From Brevundimonas sp. UBA986 (GTDB lineage: Bacteria; Pseudomonadota; Alphaproteobacteria; Caulobacterales; Caulobacteraceae): a DNA stretch of 50,083 bases. Of the stretch, positions 45,924 through 50,083 are shown piece by piece. The stretch lies in NCBI GenBank assembly GCA_002292165.1, contig DBBK01000259.1:1-50083 (forward strand), given 5' to 3'. Below the pieces are notes generated by a model that saw nothing but the letters and a program-made list of their open reading frames with translations, did no database searches and was not told where the DNA came from. The stretch's first letter is position 1; each line of letters starts with the position of its first letter. Position numbers and translations under genes: made by a program.

Positions 45924-46777
45924 CAGGCTTTCAATCGTTTGGCGTGGAAGGCGACGTGGTCGGCGATGAAGCTGGCCATGAAGAAATAGGAATGGTCGTA
46001 CCCGGGTTGGATCCTGAGCGTCAGGGTCTGGCCCGCGGCCCTGGCCGCCTCGACCAGAAGCTCGGGCTTGAGCTGGTCGGCGAGGAAGCCGTCGGCGTCG
46101 CCCTGATCGATCAGGATGTCGTCGAACACCCCCTTGGCGGCGCCGGCCTCGACCAGTTTCGCGGCGTCATGCACGTCCCAAAGCGACCGGTCCTCGCCCA
46201 GATAGGCGGTAAAGGCCTTCTCGCCCCAGGCGCAACGCGTCGGTGAGGCGATGGGGGCGAAGGCCGAGACCGATTTGAACAATTCGGGATGACGCAGGGC
46301 GAGCGTCAGGGCGCCGTGCCCGCCCATGGAATGGCCGCTGATCGACCGCGCCCTCGTTGTCGGAAACTCCGCGTCGATCAGGGCGATCAGTTCGTCCGTG
46401 ACATAGGTCTCCATGCGGAAGTGCGGCGCCCAGGGCCTCTCGGTGGCGTCGACGTAGAAACCGGCGCCCTGGCCCAGATCATAGGCCGCATCGTCGGCGA
46501 CCGCCCTGCCCTTCAGGTCCGGTCCGCGCGGCGAGGTATCGGGAGCCACGACGATGACGCCATGCTCGGCCGCCGACCGATAGGCCCCGGCCTTGGTCGT
46601 GAAGTTGTCCTCGGTGCAGGTCAGGCCCGACAGCCAGATCAGCACCGGGAACGGACCTTCGCCGGGCGGGACGAAGACCGACAGGGTCATGGGCGTGCCG
46701 GTTGTCGCGCTGTCATGCCTCAGATAGCGCAGCGTCCCGCCGTGAACGGCATGGGTCTTGAGCATTTCCAGGGGCAA
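45923..46777 (-). CDS. fghA: S-formylglutathione hydrolase
   Basis: WLSGLTC, PDTSPRG, GAGFY, GHSMGGHG, GYDHSY; TTG start after GGAG. Confidence 0.96.
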   Translation of the reverse strand: MPLEMLKTHAVHGGTLRYLRHDSATTGTPMTLSVFVPPGEGPFPVLIWLSGLTCTEDNFTTKAGAYRSAAEHGVIVVAPDTSPRGPDLKGRAVADDAAYDLGQGAGFYVDATERPWAPHFRMETYVTDELIALIDAEFPTTRARSISGHSMGGHGALTLALRHPELFKSVSAFAPIASPTRCAWGEKAFTAYLGEDRSLWDVHDAAKLVEAGAAKGVFDDILIDQGDADGFLADQLKPELLVEAARAAGQTLTLRIQPGYDHSYFFMASFIADHVAFHAKRLKA

Positions 46778-46994
46778 GGCGACTCCGGCATCAGGTCTGG
46801 GATGCAGGAGCATTAGCGAACTTGCGGAACAGTTTCACCTTCGCTGTGACCAGCGGGACGAAGTATCGCCTCACGAAAGGGCCACGGTCGGGGGTGGGTC
46901 TGCGGCCCGCGCCCCAGGGAAACCTCTTGCGCTAAACGACAGGACAGCCCGGCCTCAGGGACCGGGCTGCCGCGCTCTTGCAATAGAAGGGTCT

Positions 46995-48455
46995 TCAGTA
47001 GGTGACGCCGATACCCGCGCTGATGGTTTCGCCGCTGTCGTTGCCACTGAACGCACCGAAGCGGTTGGTCGCGTTCCAGTGGATTACGTTGAACTGCAGG
47101 CGAATGACGTCGTCCAGATACCAGTTGGCGCCGGCGGTGGCGGCCCATCCCTGACCGGCGGTGGGAACGCCCGAGAACTCCAGATCCTCGTAGCGAGCCA
47201 ACAGTTCGATCGCACCGGGACCGCCCTCAAAGACGGGGCGCAGCACGTTGGGTTGAGCGAACGTGCCGAGAAGAGCGTTGTACGGCGGCAGTTCGCCGGT
47301 AACGAACCAACCACTCGAGACGCTGAAGGCGCGCGTTTTGAAGTCGGGACGTCCGGCGTCCAGCGCTGCGTTGCGTTCGCCGGCCTCGGCCATCGCCCAC
47401 ACCGACCCGACATAGCCGCCGGCTTCCAGGCCGTAGCCCGTGGTGCTGGTGCCGCCGGTCAGCGTACCGCTGGAGACACGCAGGTTGCCGTTGAAGCGCC
47501 CGCCGATCACCGTGTTGCGGGTCAGCGAACCGTTCACTGAGGAGAGCTGCTCGTCAAAGCCCCACAGCCCCAGGTGCACGATGCTGCGGTCGGTCTTGAC
47601 CGGGTTCCAGTGCGCCCGGCCCATGACGGTCAGGCTGTCGGCGGCGGTTTGGCGGTTGTCGACCGTGTCGCCGCTGATGGTGAGTGAGGCGTGGCCGCTG
47701 TTCCAGAAGATTCTCGGCATCAGAGCGATGCCATAGAAGCCGCGTTGCGGGATGATCGCCGTCCCGACGACGTTACGCTCCAGGAACGGCGGGGCATCGG
47801 ATCCGCCCGATCCTTCGAACCCGCGGTCGTTGAACATGTTGCCGAAGCGGACGTCGTAGGAGATATCCTTGTTGATCTTGTCACGCCAGCCGACAAACAG
47901 CGTGCCGACATCTGACACGTTGTCAGCGAAGTCGTTTTCGAACTGGTAGAAGAAATGCGAGCCGGCTGACCCCTCGATACCGATACGGGCAGCGCGCATT
48001 CCGGTCGTGGTGATGTTGCGGTCGTCGAACTCGGACCCGAAGGTGGTGCTGGCGTGGCTGATGATCCGGCCGCGGACCTTGAACCGGTAGTTGCCGTCCG
48101 GCGAACGGAAGGTCGGCAGACCGCCCCTCCACTCCGTCGTCACATTGGCGGGATTGGCGGCGCCCCCTTGCCCGGTGGTTATCAGTTGAATCGGCGGGTT
48201 CGCCACAGCGTTGCCGGGCACGAAGGCCGAGTCGGCGGTCGCATCGACCTGGGCCGCTGCCTGGCGGTTGACGACAGCCGTCTGGCCGCCTCCATCGACA
48301 GCATCCAGACGAGCACGCAGTGCGGCTATCTCTTCGGACTGGGCCCGCAACAGGCTCACGAGCTCAGCGACATCGGGCGTTTGGCTCTGCGCGAGAGCTG
48401 GGGTGCCGAACGTCAGCGCGCACATCGCTGCGCCGGCGAGAAGAATAGATTTCAT
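46995..48455 (-). CDS. OprO/OprP family porin
   Basis: Signal peptide, short coiled coil, R.ARIG.EG, FLER, GA.ELLARY, GANWY; terminal aromatic residue. Confidence 0.85.
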   Translation of the reverse strand: MKSILLAGAAMCALTFGTPALAQSQTPDVAELVSLLRAQSEEIAALRARLDAVDGGGQTAVVNRQAAAQVDATADSAFVPGNAVANPPIQLITTGQGGAANPANVTTEWRGGLPTFRSPDGNYRFKVRGRIISHASTTFGSEFDDRNITTTGMRAARIGIEGSAGSHFFYQFENDFADNVSDVGTLFVGWRDKINKDISYDVRFGNMFNDRGFEGSGGSDAPPFLERNVVGTAIIPQRGFYGIALMPRIFWNSGHASLTISGDTVDNRQTAADSLTVMGRAHWNPVKTDRSIVHLGLWGFDEQLSSVNGSLTRNTVIGGRFNGNLRVSSGTLTGGTSTTGYGLEAGGYVGSVWAMAEAGERNAALDAGRPDFKTRAFSVSSGWFVTGELPPYNALLGTFAQPNVLRPVFEGGPGAIELLARYEDLEFSGVPTAGQGWAATAGANWYLDDVIRLQFNVIHWNATNRFGAFSGNDSGETISAGIGVTY

Positions 48456-48735
48456 GGTCAAGAAAGCCCTGAGTTTGGTCAATAATGAATAGATCAAGCG
48501 TCCGCTCATTCTGGCGGCACGACGTGCATTTTCAAAAGGCAACCCAGGTTTAACGGGCGCGCGTATTTGAAGTAAGGTCCCGGGGACAGGACAAAAGCGT
48601 TTCCAAATACTTTCCGTCTTCTTGGGGACGGTAACGTAGCCCTTGGCGCAATTTATGGGCGACCGTCTCCACTAGGAGCACGATCCATCAAACTTCTTAG
48701 ACAACCACTTTCGCCCCCGTTGGCCGTTAGCCCAC

Positions 48736-48750
48736 GCGAAAGCCGTGCCA
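48736..48750 (-). promoter_or_regulatory. Putative sigma54 (-24/-12) promoter
   Basis: Minus strand TGGCACGGCTTTCGC versus consensus TGGCACG-N4-TTGC; GG/GC spacing correct. Confidence 0.5.
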
Positions 48751-48951
48751 TGGAGAGGGTTAATGCGGGACTAACCCTAGGTAGCGTATTTTACTTATAG
48801 GTGCGCGGAACAAAAAATATTCCATCACGTGCGCTTTCAAGGAAACAACTTTGTCGCCGTTGCAATTATTCAGGCGAGAAATTCCCACACCTTGCCGTCA
48901 AGGCTCGTCAAAGTACGCCGAGCAGGCGCACCGCGCTGGAGCGGCGCCCAT

Positions 48952-48994
48952 CCCGGGCCATGTCCCAGCTCTCAGCCGAGGGACATGGCCCGGG
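48952..48994. repeat. Perfect 15-bp inverted repeat downstream of the VOC gene
   Basis: CCCGGGCCATGTCCC-N13-GGGACATGGCCCGGG. Confidence 0.75.
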
Positions 48995-49045
48995 CCTTCG
49001 CGGCCGCCCTCAGGTGGGCGACGGCGCTGTCATTTGCGCGACCCC

Positions 49046-49429
49046 TTAGCCCGGCCGATGAACCGCGCAGATCTTGTTGCCTGACGGATCGCGCAGATAG
49101 GCCAGGTTGAGCGTGCCGAAGGTCCCGTTGCGCTCGCCGGGCGGGTCTTCGATGGACGTGCCGCCAGCCGCGACGCCGGCGTCATGGAAGGCCTGGACCA
49201 TCGCCGCATCCCTGGCCGCGAAACCGATGGTGCCGCCGTTTGCGTGACAGGCGGGCTGACCGTCAATCGGCTTGCCGATGGCGAACCCGCCCTTGTCGGT
49301 GCGCCACCAGTAGCGGCCCTTGGGATCGGGGCCGACCGAAGCCGGAATGCCCAGTGCGGGCAGAACCGCATCATAGAATTTGCGCGACGCCTCGACGTCG
49401 TTGGCGCCCACCGTCAGGTGCGTGAACAT
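49046..49429 (-). CDS. VOC/glyoxalase family protein
   Basis: MFTHLTVG.ND...S.KFYD, ANGGTIGF, AYLRDPSGNKIC; GGAAGGA RBS. Confidence 0.92.
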   Translation of the reverse strand: MFTHLTVGANDVEASRKFYDAVLPALGIPASVGPDPKGRYWWRTDKGGFAIGKPIDGQPACHANGGTIGFAARDAAMVQAFHDAGVAAGGTSIEDPPGERNGTFGTLNLAYLRDPSGNKICAVHRPG

Positions 49430-49458
49430 AGTGTCGTCCTCCCTCAGTTATTGTTGTC

Positions 49459-50083
<625 letters not shown>

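Overview
High-GC alphaproteobacterial chromosome segment whose gene content, gene order and intergenic repeats point to Caulobacteraceae, probably Brevundimonas (inference). About 50 CDSs. Housekeeping genes: rraA-like, alaS, RhlE-type DEAD-box helicase, fadL-type OMP, radC, bolA, grxD, proB, proA, cold-shock protein, ppk2, ubiA, rpsD, Mn-type SOD, fghA and a truncated frmA. Accessory envelope and hydrolase genes are interspersed. No rRNA, tRNA, CRISPR array, transposase or integrase was seen. Most notable observations: (1) a low-GC orphan membrane ORF (312-833) bracketed by two direct-repeat ~30-bp imperfect hairpins (CAATGTCCGC...GGGT...GAC), resembling a mobile gene cassette with no recombinase in the window; (2) phased XRE-type operator boxes around an XRE operon at 32.3-33.1 kb, with a similar box 23 kb away upstream of an ABC ATPase plus ABC-permease/M1-aminopeptidase fusion; (3) a ParD-like gene translationally coupled to a methionine aminopeptidase; (4) an orphan Leu/Ile attenuator-like RNA structure at the window start; (5) an apparently catalytically dead aldo/keto reductase between bolA and grxD; (6) two unannotated micro-proteins; (7) an OprO/P porin with a sigma54-like promoter splitting the formaldehyde-detox cluster. 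All product calls come from motif recognition by eye; no database searches were run.
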